Shown here one piece after another: positions 40,822 through 49,738 of a stretch of DNA of 64,000 nucleotides. The position numbers and the translations under genes were made by a program. Under the pieces are notes generated by a model. The model made no database searches. It had not been told where the DNA came from and saw nothing but the letters and a program-made list of their open reading frames with translations. Source of the stretch: an uncultured Bacteroidota bacterium (GTDB lineage: Bacteria; Bacteroidota; Ignavibacteria; UBA10030; UBA6906); NCBI GenBank assembly GCA_963700635.1, contig CAVOYH010000003.1, positions 736,001 through 800,000 of the forward strand. The letters run 5' to 3'. How positions within the stretch are numbered: the stretch's first letter is position 1; every line of letters starts with the position of its first letter.

Positions 40822-42702
40822 ATGTTTCACGTGAAACATCACTATGACGTCATTGTGGTGGGGGGAGGGCACGCTGGCGTTGAGGCTGCTCTGGCATCAG
40901 CGCGTATGGGATGTCGTACGGCACTCCTGACGATGGATCCAGCGGCGATGGGGAGAATGTCGTGTAACCCTGCCATAGGCGGGAGTGCCAAGGGGCACCT
41001 GGTACGCGAAATTGATGCTCTGGGTGGTGAAATGGGGAAGATTGCTGATGCGACGGGGATACACTTCCGAATGCTCAATACGTCGAAAGGTCCCGCTGTC
41101 TGGTCCCCGCGATCTCAAAATGACCGTGAATGGTACAGTCGCGAAGCACTCCGCCGTGTGAGCCTGCAAAAAGACCTTGACATCATAACGGGAACACTCT
41201 CTGATCTGTTTATTGAGAGCGGCTCCGTGCGTGGAGTACGTATCAACACGGACGAGAAAGTCCGGTGCTCATGCCTCATTCTCTGCAGCGGGACGTTCCT
41301 AAACGGTATCATGCATACGGGCAAGGATACAACCGCGGGAGGGCGGTACGCTGAGCCCTCGTCGTTAGGGTTGACAGAAAAGTTCGCCAGCCTGGGCTTC
41401 GTAGCCGGGCGCCTCAAGACCGGCACGCCACCCCGGCTTGACATCCACTCGGTTGATTTTGAAGAAACAGAAATTCAGCATCCGGATGAGAATCCGACAC
41501 CATTCTCGTTCCAGAATTTGAAGATCCAGAATCGTCAGATCCCTATGTACCTGACGCATACAAACTCTAACACGCACGATCTTCTCAGGACCGGATTTGA
41601 TGAATCACCCCTCTTTAGTGGAAGGATAAAAGGGATCGGCCCGCGATACTGTCCTTCTATTGAAGACAAGATAAGCCGGTTTGCGGATCGGCCGAGGCAC
41701 CAGATCTTTCTGGAACCCGAAGGGTATGAATCATCTCTTGTGTACGTTAACGGTTTTTCTTCCAGCCTCCCCGCCCACATTCAGGAAAGTTCCCTGCGAA
41801 CAATTCCGGGGCTCAAACGGGCGAAGATGATCCGTCCGGGTTACGCCGTGGAGTACGATTTTTTTCCTCCGCATCAGGTTCACCATACGCTTGAGACAAA
41901 ACTTGTTCGAGGCTTGTTCTTCGCCGGACAGATAAACGGGACAAGTGGATATGAGGAAGCCGCAGGTCAGGGGATTATTGCCGGGATCAATGCGGCGCGG
42001 CGTGTCAGAGAGGAGCCGCCGTTTGTTCTGGACCGGAGTGAAGCGTATATCGGCGTCATGATTGATGACCTCATCAACAGGAGTACGGACGAGCCGTATC
42101 GTATGTTCACCTCTCGCGCGGAATATCGCCTGGCTCTCCGGCAGGACAACGCTGACAGCCGGTTGATGAGAAAAGGGGGAGAGCTGGGGCTGATTCCCGA
42201 GAAGGCAATACGGCGTCTGGATGAAAAAGAGTCGCGAGTGAGATCGGCCTGGAAGGCGCTGAACACTATGCGTCTGTCCGGAAGGGAATTACGCGAGGCC
42301 TTTGACGGAAAGTGGTCCGGTCCGGTCCCGGAAAGTGAAACCCTTTCCGGGATACTCAGGAGACCCGAGTTCACGCTGGCGGAAATACTCCGCATACCCC
42401 GCGTACGGGATAACGCGACCCTCACCGTGCTGGATCAGGATCGGGATGCCGGATTGCAGCTTGAGACTGAAGTGAAGTACGAGGGCTATGTTCGCCGGCA
42501 GAATGAACAGATCCGGAAATTCAAATCCAGCGAGGCGAAGGGGATTCCGGAGAACCTGGACTACACGCAGATTCGATCGCTGAGTAATGAAGGGAGGGAG
42601 AAGCTCATAAAGGTGAGACCTGTCTCCCTGGGCCAGGCCATGCGTATCAGCGGCGTTACACCTGCCGATGTGTCGGTGCTCATGATTACCCTGATGAGGT
42701 GA
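40822..42702 (+). CDS. mnmG: tRNA uridine-5-carboxymethylaminomethyl modification enzyme (GidA)
   Basis: GGGHAG, MSCNPAIGG, RLKTGTPPR, GPRYCPSIEDK, GQINGTSGYEEAA, YRMFTSRAE. Confidence 0.97.
   Translation: MFHVKHHYDVIVVGGGHAGVEAALASARMGCRTALLTMDPAAMGRMSCNPAIGGSAKGHLVREIDALGGEMGKIADATGIHFRMLNTSKGPAVWSPRSQNDREWYSREALRRVSLQKDLDIITGTLSDLFIESGSVRGVRINTDEKVRCSCLILCSGTFLNGIMHTGKDTTAGGRYAEPSSLGLTEKFASLGFVAGRLKTGTPPRLDIHSVDFEETEIQHPDENPTPFSFQNLKIQNRQIPMYLTHTNSNTHDLLRTGFDESPLFSGRIKGIGPRYCPSIEDKISRFADRPRHQIFLEPEGYESSLVYVNGFSSSLPAHIQESSLRTIPGLKRAKMIRPGYAVEYDFFPPHQVHHTLETKLVRGLFFAGQINGTSGYEEAAGQGIIAGINAARRVREEPPFVLDRSEAYIGVMIDDLINRSTDEPYRMFTSRAEYRLALRQDNADSRLMRKGGELGLIPEKAIRRLDEKESRVRSAWKALNTMRLSGRELREAFDGKWSGPVPESETLSGILRRPEFTLAEILRIPRVRDNATLTVLDQDRDAGLQLETEVKYEGYVRRQNEQIRKFKSSEAKGIPENLDYTQIRSLSNEGREKLIKVRPVSLGQAMRISGVTPADVSVLMITLMR
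40823..40838. promoter_or_regulatory. parS site 1
   Basis: Perfect TGTTTCACGTGAAACA palindrome. Confidence 0.9.
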
Positions 42703-43424
42703 TGTTTCACGTGAAACATTTTCCGGATGTGCCGGTCGTCTGCCGGCGGCATGGACTTGATCTGAGCGTCTCCCAGCAGGAGATGCTGGAGATGTACGTG
42801 GCGGCACTTCTGGAGTGGAATAAGAAGATCAATCTTATCAGCCGGAAGGACGAAGAGAACGTCTGGGCCGGTCACATCCTTCACTCCCTGTCTCTGCTGT
42901 TCCGGGTACGTTTTCCGGATAGGTTGCGTGTGCTTGATCTGGGGTCGGGGGGAGGGCTTCCGGGGATCCCTCTTGCCATCGTACGCAGCGGCTGGTCTGT
43001 GGTGTTGATGGACTCGATACAGAAGAAGTGTACTGCTGTGGAAGAGATCGTGAATCGTCTTGGCTTGTCGGAGAGAATCAAGGTTGTTTGCAGCAGGGCT
43101 GAAGAGAAGGGGACGGTGGCGAGCATGCGCGGGGGGTATGATCTTGTGCTTGCCCGCGGTGTTGCTCCGATGATTCAGCTGGTGCGGTGGGCGAAGCCAT
43201 ACGTGAGGAAGGTAAAAGGATCAGGAGTGGTTGAAGACACGGTGGGGATGTTCACCGTCACGCCGCCCGTGCTGGTTGCGTATAAAGGCGGGAGTGTGGA
43301 CGGGGAGATCCGGGAGCTGAAGATCAAGGCAGGTGTGGACGTGGCTGCAGTCGTGCCGTTGATTTTTGGAGGGAGCGAAGACACAGGGCTGGTTGAGAAA
43401 AAAATCATCATCGTCAGCCCCTAA
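42702..43424 (+). CDS. rsmG: 16S rRNA m7G527 methyltransferase (GidB)
   Basis: WNKKINL, HILHSL, DLGSGGGLPGIPL, RAE; TGATG overlap with mnmG. Confidence 0.93.
   Translation: MFHVKHFPDVPVVCRRHGLDLSVSQQEMLEMYVAALLEWNKKINLISRKDEENVWAGHILHSLSLLFRVRFPDRLRVLDLGSGGGLPGIPLAIVRSGWSVVLMDSIQKKCTAVEEIVNRLGLSERIKVVCSRAEEKGTVASMRGGYDLVLARGVAPMIQLVRWAKPYVRKVKGSGVVEDTVGMFTVTPPVLVAYKGGSVDGEIRELKIKAGVDVAAVVPLIFGGSEDTGLVEKKIIIVSP
42703..42718. promoter_or_regulatory. parS site 2
   Basis: Perfect TGTTTCACGTGAAACA palindrome. Confidence 0.9.
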
Positions 43425-43450
43425 TCAACTCTTATAACCGTTATTGGACT

Positions 43451-44377
43451 ATGCCCAAAGAACTTTCCGAATCCCTCGCCCGCCTGCTTACCGAGCAGCG
43501 GAATCCGGCGTCGATGACCATGGACCGCATGACGACAGAAGAGATTCTCCGTCTGATCAATGCCGAAGACAAACAGGTCCCTCTCGCCGTCGAAAAAGAA
43601 ATTCCCTTCATAATCAGAGCGGTCGACCTCATTGTGGATTCATTTCACAAAGGCGGCCGCCTGCTCTACTTCGGGGCCGGAACCTCCGGCCGGCTCGGCG
43701 TTGTGGATGCATCGGAATGTCCCCCCACCTTTGGCAGCGAACCCGGTCTCGTAGTGGGCGTTATCGCCGGTGGTAATGCCGCCATGTTTAAGGCACAGGA
43801 AGGAGCGGAAGACAGTCCGGACCAGGCGCGACGTGACGTTGAAGCAAACAACGTCTCCGCCATCGACACTGTCTGCGGTATTGCCGCAAGCCGACGGACA
43901 CCCTATGTTGTTGCTGCTGTAACCCGTGCCCGGGAGCTGGGGGCCAGAACTATCTATATCACCACCAATCCCCGTTCCGAATTTGACATCGACGTGGATG
44001 TGGCGATCTGTCCGGAAGTGGGTCCGGAGGTGCTTATGGGTTCCACCCGCATGAAATCGGGGACGGCCCAGAAGCTCGTGCTCAACATGCTCACCACCAC
44101 GGCCATGGTCCGGCTGGGAAAAGTGTATGAGAATATGATGGTAGACCTCCAGCTTACAAATCAGAAACTTGTCGAACGCTCGAAACGGATTGTGATGATG
44201 GCCACCGGAGTGGACTACGAAGGAGCGGCTGAAGTGCTCGGCCGGTCCAACGGGCATGTAAAAAGTGCCATCGTGATGATCAAGGCGAAGGTGTCCTTTG
44301 AGGAGGCCCGCCGCCGCATTGAAGCCGCCGGAGGATTTGTTCGCGTGGCAATCGGTGATACCCAGAATCATTCCTGA
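43451..44377 (+). CDS. murQ: N-acetylmuramic acid 6-phosphate etherase
   Basis: TEQRN, GAGTSGRLG, DASECPPTFG, EGAED, GSTRMKSGTAQK. Confidence 0.95.
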   Translation: MPKELSESLARLLTEQRNPASMTMDRMTTEEILRLINAEDKQVPLAVEKEIPFIIRAVDLIVDSFHKGGRLLYFGAGTSGRLGVVDASECPPTFGSEPGLVVGVIAGGNAAMFKAQEGAEDSPDQARRDVEANNVSAIDTVCGIAASRRTPYVVAAVTRARELGARTIYITTNPRSEFDIDVDVAICPEVGPEVLMGSTRMKSGTAQKLVLNMLTTTAMVRLGKVYENMMVDLQLTNQKLVERSKRIVMMATGVDYEGAAEVLGRSNGHVKSAIVMIKAKVSFEEARRRIEAAGGFVRVAIGDTQNHS

Positions 44378-44388
44378 CGTACGGGCGT

Positions 44389-47300
44389 ATGGCTCCCCTG
44401 CTTCCACACCTTCTTGATGGTACTCCCCTCGCCGAGCACGTGAACAATGCCGTTGACGCTCTGGAGCCGGGGAAATCCGGATCTGTTTCGGGCGTCTCCG
44501 GATCACTTGTTGCGCTTCTGCTCGCGTCTCTTCACAGGCACACCGGCCGCCAACTGTTTGTGCTGATGCCGGCAAAAGATCAAGCTATCCGTATGGCCGA
44601 CGATCTGAATGTGCTTTCCGCTGGCGAGCCGGTGCGTTTGTTTCTCGGGCGGGAGGAAACAGAAGCGGTGCTCACCGAGAGAAGCCGGGAGCTGAACGAT
44701 GTTCACACGCTCCGCATACTCACCTCCGGGCAGGCGGCCTTTGTTGTCACGCATGCACAGGGAGTGTTGTTCCGTCTTCCTGTCCCGGAGACCGTGCGCA
44801 CCCGGGCGTGTACGCTTGAGGTCGGGAGCCAGGCGGGGTTTGAGGAGACGCTTCGTGAACTTGACCGGTTCCGGTTTGACAGGACGGACATTGTTGAAAA
44901 GCCCGGGGAGTATGCGGTGCGGGGCGGGATCATTGACGTGTTCCCGTTTGTTGGGGAGAATCCGTTGCGCATTGAGTTTTTTGAGGACGAGGTGGAGTCC
45001 ATCAGGGAGTTTGATGTGATCTCACAGCGTTCTATCAGGGGTCTGTCCGCGGCGTTACTTGTTCCCGACATTCTGGCGGCGGAGGAGGTGGGGGATCTGC
45101 CGGAGGGGATGGTGCTGGACTATCTTGCCGATGGAGCGGTCCTTGTATCTGTGGATCCGTTATTGCACGAGGAGGTGTTCCAGCGCTTGGCACATTCGGC
45201 GGCGGCCGCCTCACGCTACCACACCCGTGAGCGCCTCAACGAACTTTCGTCTCTTTTCCCCCAGCTGCAGATAACCGGGTTGCGTCCACCCGGACCGGTC
45301 TTTGATGCGGGCGCACGCAGCCAGCCGGCATTTAACGGCAGCATGCAGATGATGGCGCGGGACCTCGCACAACGCCAGGCTGAAGGGTATCGCCTCATTC
45401 TTACCTGCGACAGTCAGTCTGAAATGAACCGGGTGCGGGAGCTCCTCACGACAGCCGCCACCGGACTCGAGGACAGTCCACCGCTGGATACCGCCCGCAT
45501 AGAGTTCTCACTCGAAGCCCTCCACGAAGGATTTGTTCTTTCCGAACCCCGTATTGCACTCTATACCGAACACCAGGCGTTCAGCAGGATCAAGCGTCAT
45601 GGCAAACGGCATCGCCCCCGGTTCAAGGGGATATCCGAAAAGGAAATGCAGCAGCTCCGGAAGGGCGACTACGTTGTGCATGAGGACTTTGGCATCGGCA
45701 AGTTCGCGGGGCTTCGCACGATCCGGGTCCGGGAAGTGGAAATGGAAGTCGCCTCCGTGATCTATGCCGAACAGGACACGCTGTTCGTGAATATCAATTT
45801 TGTCAACAAGCTCCAGAAATATTCCTCAAAGGACGGCCATGTACCGGTACTCCACCGACTGGGCAGCGGCGAATGGGACCGGCTCAAGGCCAGAACAAAA
45901 AAACGGGTCAAAGACATAGCCCGTGACCTCATCGCGCTCTACGCGCGGCGGAAGCATCTCGAAGGATATGCGTATTCTCATGATACACCCTGGCAACAGG
46001 AGCTTGAGGCGTCGTTCCCGTATGAAGACACCTTCGACCAGGCAAAAGCCACCGTTGATGTAAAGCGGGACATGGAATCCTCCTCCCCCATGGATCGTCT
46101 GATATGCGGTGACGTAGGATTCGGGAAGACCGAAGTCGCTGTCCGTGCCGCCTTTAAAGCCGTGCTTGCAGGAAAACAGGTCGGCATCCTGGTGCCTACC
46201 ACCATTCTGGCACTCCAGCATCATAACACTTTCCGTGACCGGCTTGATCGATACGGAGTAACGGTGGATGCGCTCTCCCGCTTTAAAACCAAAAAAGAAC
46301 AGGAAGCCATTCTCGCACGGCTGCGTGAAGGTACGCTGGACATTGTTCTGGGGACGCACCGCCTTCTTTCGAAGGACGTTGTGTTCAAGAATCTGGGTCT
46401 GCTGATCATTGACGAAGAGCATCGTTTTGGCGTAACGGCCAAGGAGAAGCTTCGCCAGCTGCGCACGCAGATTGATACACTGGCCCTGACTGCCACCCCG
46501 ATCCCGCGCACGCTGCATTTCTCCCTGCTGGGCGCGCGCGATCTCTCTATAATAGCCACGGCACCGCGGAATCGCCTGCCCATTCAAACGGAGATTCTCC
46601 AATGGAACGACGACAGGATCCGGGATGCGGTCAGGAGAGAGATCCAGCGGGGCGGACAGATCTACTTTGTCCATGATCGGATCCAGACCATGGAGGATGT
46701 TGCCGCACGCCTGCAGACCATCCTTCCCGATGTGCGGATGCGCACGGCGCACGGACAGATGGCCGCACATGAACTGGAAGAAGTAATGCTCCTTTTCCTC
46801 GAGAAGAAGATAGATCTTCTCATCTCAACGAAGATCATCGAGTCGGGGCTGGACATCCCCAATGTCAACACCATCTTCATCAACAGGGCCGATCATTTTG
46901 GAATGGCTGAGTTGTATCAGCTCCGTGGCCGGGTGGGTCGCTCCAACACCCAGGCGTACGCATATCTTCTCACGCCCCCACCTTCGGTGCTGGGAAAGAC
47001 CACCCTGCAGCGTCTGCAGGCCCTGCAAGAGTTTACAGAGCTCGGGTCCGGACTGAATCTGGCGATGCGCGATCTGGAAATCCGCGGCGCCGGCAACCTT
47101 CTGGGAAGCGAACAGAGCGGATTTATCGAGATGATGGGATTTGAAACGTACACACGGCTTCTGGATGAGGCGGTGCATGAACTCAAACAGGAGGAATTCG
47201 GCGACCTCTTTCCGGATGTTTCGAACCAGGCCGGAAGACCCCGGGATGTTCTGGTGGAGGCGGAAATCGAGGCCTTTATCCCCGGTGTGTACATTTCCAA

Positions 47301-47742
47301 TGAGGCCGAACGGCTGACGATCTACCGACGGCTCTACGCGCTGTCGAGCCGTGAGCAACTCGAAGAAATCGGCAACGAACTCCGCGACAGGTTTGGCCGT
47401 ATCCCAGCTCAGGTAGAAGCTCTGTTTGGACTTATGCGTATGAAACTGCTGGCATCAGCCATCGGACTTCCCAAACTACATCTGGATATGGTTCAGCTGG
47501 AGGTTCATTTTCCGCCGCAGACCGATACGGATTTCTATGAAAGTGAAGGGTTCCAGCGTATTATGACCACGATTTCGCAAAAAAGGTCAGCAGGCGTACG
47601 TTTGATTCAGACTGAAACCCTCCTCAAAGCCATTGTTCCCTTTCAGGGGACCCAGGACACCGCGTCCGCCATATCCACCGCAACCGGCTTCCTTGACGAC
47701 CTCGCCAGAACACTCGAAAGTTCTTCCCCCTCGAGTGGGTAA
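44389..47742 (+). CDS. mfd: Transcription-repair coupling factor
   Basis: RGGIIDVF, GDVGFGKT, DEEHRFG, TATPIPRT, QLRGRVGR, DLEIRGAG, TRCF domain. Confidence 0.97.
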   Translation: MAPLLPHLLDGTPLAEHVNNAVDALEPGKSGSVSGVSGSLVALLLASLHRHTGRQLFVLMPAKDQAIRMADDLNVLSAGEPVRLFLGREETEAVLTERSRELNDVHTLRILTSGQAAFVVTHAQGVLFRLPVPETVRTRACTLEVGSQAGFEETLRELDRFRFDRTDIVEKPGEYAVRGGIIDVFPFVGENPLRIEFFEDEVESIREFDVISQRSIRGLSAALLVPDILAAEEVGDLPEGMVLDYLADGAVLVSVDPLLHEEVFQRLAHSAAAASRYHTRERLNELSSLFPQLQITGLRPPGPVFDAGARSQPAFNGSMQMMARDLAQRQAEGYRLILTCDSQSEMNRVRELLTTAATGLEDSPPLDTARIEFSLEALHEGFVLSEPRIALYTEHQAFSRIKRHGKRHRPRFKGISEKEMQQLRKGDYVVHEDFGIGKFAGLRTIRVREVEMEVASVIYAEQDTLFVNINFVNKLQKYSSKDGHVPVLHRLGSGEWDRLKARTKKRVKDIARDLIALYARRKHLEGYAYSHDTPWQQELEASFPYEDTFDQAKATVDVKRDMESSSPMDRLICGDVGFGKTEVAVRAAFKAVLAGKQVGILVPTTILALQHHNTFRDRLDRYGVTVDALSRFKTKKEQEAILARLREGTLDIVLGTHRLLSKDVVFKNLGLLIIDEEHRFGVTAKEKLRQLRTQIDTLALTATPIPRTLHFSLLGARDLSIIATAPRNRLPIQTEILQWNDDRIRDAVRREIQRGGQIYFVHDRIQTMEDVAARLQTILPDVRMRTAHGQMAAHELEEVMLLFLEKKIDLLISTKIIESGLDIPNVNTIFINRADHFGMAELYQLRGRVGRSNTQAYAYLLTPPPSVLGKTTLQRLQALQEFTELGSGLNLAMRDLEIRGAGNLLGSEQSGFIEMMGFETYTRLLDEAVHELKQEEFGDLFPDVSNQAGRPRDVLVEAEIEAFIPGVYISNEAERLTIYRRLYALSSREQLEEIGNELRDRFGRIPAQVEALFGLMRMKLLASAIGLPKLHLDMVQLEVHFPPQTDTDFYESEGFQRIMTTISQKRSAGVRLIQTETLLKAIVPFQGTQDTASAISTATGFLDDLARTLESSSPSSG

Positions 47743-47822
47743 TTCGGCCGGGGTTAGCGTACTCTTCCTCTCCTGAGTTTTTCAGAATCCTCAAAAACAG
47801 CCCGTATCGGAGTATCCCTTAC

Positions 47823-47887
47823 TTGACTTTCAAACTCAAATGCGTATCTTACGGGCGTATCGTGGGTAAAAGTGGGTAACCGGTGGG
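47823..47887 (+). promoter_or_regulatory. mraZ/dcw promoter with MraZ-binding GTGGG repeats
   Basis: TTGACT-16 nt-TATCTT, then GTGGG at 47862, 47872 and 47883 (10-11 nt period), matching known MraZ boxes. Confidence 0.75.
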
Positions 47888-47909
47888 GAACAACACCAAG
47901 GGGAATACC

Positions 47910-48353
47910 GTGTCTTCCTTTAAGGGTTCATACGCGTACTCGGTTGACAACAAGGGCCGGATCAATATTCCTGCCCGCCTGCGGAAATATGTTTCACCGG
48001 AGGCGAATGATACATTCGTTATCACCCGCGGGTACGAACAATGTCTGTTTGTCTATCCGCTGGACGAGTGGAATACGCTGGAGTCAAGTATTCGTCAATT
48101 GTCCCCAACCAATTCCCGGCATCGTTTCTTCATGCGTACACTGCTCGAGCGTGCAACCGAGTCACAGCTGGACGGACAATTCAGGATTTCCATTCCGAAG
48201 GAGCTACTCCAATTTGCGCACATCGAGAACGAGGTACTGATCATTGGCGTGCTCGAGCATATAGAAATATGGAACCCGGGTATCTATGAGCAGTACGTGA
48301 AAACACAATCCGAGAGCTACGAAACTGTAGCACAAACCGTTTTGCAAAAATAA
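47910..48353 (+). CDS. mraZ: Division/cell-wall cluster transcriptional repressor
   Basis: VDNKGRINIP and LDGQFRISIP AbrB-like repeats; GTG 47910 with SD AAGGGG. Confidence 0.95.
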   Translation: MSSFKGSYAYSVDNKGRINIPARLRKYVSPEANDTFVITRGYEQCLFVYPLDEWNTLESSIRQLSPTNSRHRFFMRTLLERATESQLDGQFRISIPKELLQFAHIENEVLIIGVLEHIEIWNPGIYEQYVKTQSESYETVAQTVLQK

Positions 48354-48357
48354 TCTC

Positions 48358-49302
48358 TTGACCTCGCCGGACTATCACATCCCTGTCCTGTGCCAGGACG
48401 CAGTGGATGTCCTGATGAGCGAGACCGGCGGACTGTATGTTGATGGCACGGTCGGTGGCGGCGGCCATGCGGAGGAGATTTGTAAACGCCTCCGTGGACC
48501 CGGCCGGTTACTCTGTCTTGATGCCGATGATGAAGCGCTGACGTCTGCCCGCACACGTCTGGCATCGTTCGCGGAGCGGACATTATTTGTTCAGTCAAAC
48601 TTCCGGCTCCTCGGCACGGCGGTCTCGGAGGCAGGCTGGACGCACATCCATGGCCTGATACTCGATCTCGGTGTATCATCGCATCAGCTGGACGAGCCCG
48701 GACGGGGTTTCGCATTTCGAAACGATGAACGGCTGGATATGCGGATGGACCGGCGCCAGGGGCTCACTGCGTGGGACCTGGTGAATTTACGCGATGAGCG
48801 GGAACTGGCACAGCTGTTCTGGGAGTATGGTGAGGAACGACAGGCGCGACGGATTGCGCGCCGTCTGGTCGCACGGCGGCCCGTGGACACGACGGGCGCG
48901 TTACGTGACGTTGTTGCGTCCGCTGTCGGAGGACAGCATCTTACAAAATCACTTGCCCGTATTTTTCAGGCATTGCGCATTGCGGTCAATGGCGAACTCG
49001 ACAGCCTCCGATCGGTGCTTGGTGACGCACTTGACATGCTTGTCCCGGGCGGCCGTATCGTCGTTATTGCATACCACTCGCTGGAAGACCGGATTGTCAA
49101 AGAATTCTTCCGGTCCGAGTCTACTGTAACGATACGTCGGAATATTCCTTTGCTTCCCGGTCAGGAACCGGTACCCCGGCTTCGGATCCTGACACGAAAA
49201 CCCATCGTACCGTCTGCGGAAGAGACGGTACACAACCCGAGAGCGCGCAGCGCAAAACTGCGTGCGGCGGAACGTCGTGATGTGGGATCGCAGCACACAT
49301 AA
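48358..49302 (+). CDS. rsmH: 16S rRNA m4C1402 methyltransferase
   Basis: HIPVL, GGGGH, DLGVSS, LDMRMD, HSLEDR, NPRARSAKLR. Confidence 0.96.
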   Translation: MTSPDYHIPVLCQDAVDVLMSETGGLYVDGTVGGGGHAEEICKRLRGPGRLLCLDADDEALTSARTRLASFAERTLFVQSNFRLLGTAVSEAGWTHIHGLILDLGVSSHQLDEPGRGFAFRNDERLDMRMDRRQGLTAWDLVNLRDERELAQLFWEYGEERQARRIARRLVARRPVDTTGALRDVVASAVGGQHLTKSLARIFQALRIAVNGELDSLRSVLGDALDMLVPGGRIVVIAYHSLEDRIVKEFFRSESTVTIRRNIPLLPGQEPVPRLRILTRKPIVPSAEETVHNPRARSAKLRAAERRDVGSQHT

Positions 49303-49738
49303 GAGTACCGAGTTGCCGCCGGAGAAAACGGCACAGCGCGAGAACCGGTACATTTTTAACGGCGACCGGCAACAAACCGTCACCGGGTACGCCGTGCGAC
49401 AGTCCCGGCGTCCGACACGGCGGCGATACTCTACGTTCAACATGATCATTGCGCTTTTTGCCATCGGCATTCTCGTGGTGTTGTACATCAACAACACCAT
49501 CGCGGTTAATGAACTGCTGGGGGAAATTAACACCCTGCAGGGAAAGTATCAGCGCCAGAACGACATGAATGCAACGCTCCAGGCGGAAGTGAACAGAAAG
49601 TCTTCCCTCGAACGGATCGGACGCATCGCCGTCGTACAACTCGGGATGCAGTATCCCCAATCTCAGCCGCTATGGTTTACTATTTCCCGGGAGCTCCGCG
49701 AGCGTGCAGCGGAAGCGCGAAAGGAGTTCCCTGAATGA
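49280..49738 (+). CDS. ftsL: FtsL-like cell division protein
   Basis: One TM, coiled coil, ERI..IA...LGM..P; located between rsmH and ftsI; start uncertain. Confidence 0.75.
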   Translation: MWDRSTHKSTELPPEKTAQRENRYIFNGDRQQTVTGYAVRQSRRPTRRRYSTFNMIIALFAIGILVVLYINNTIAVNELLGEINTLQGKYQRQNDMNATLQAEVNRKSSLERIGRIAVVQLGMQYPQSQPLWFTISRELRERAAEARKEFPE

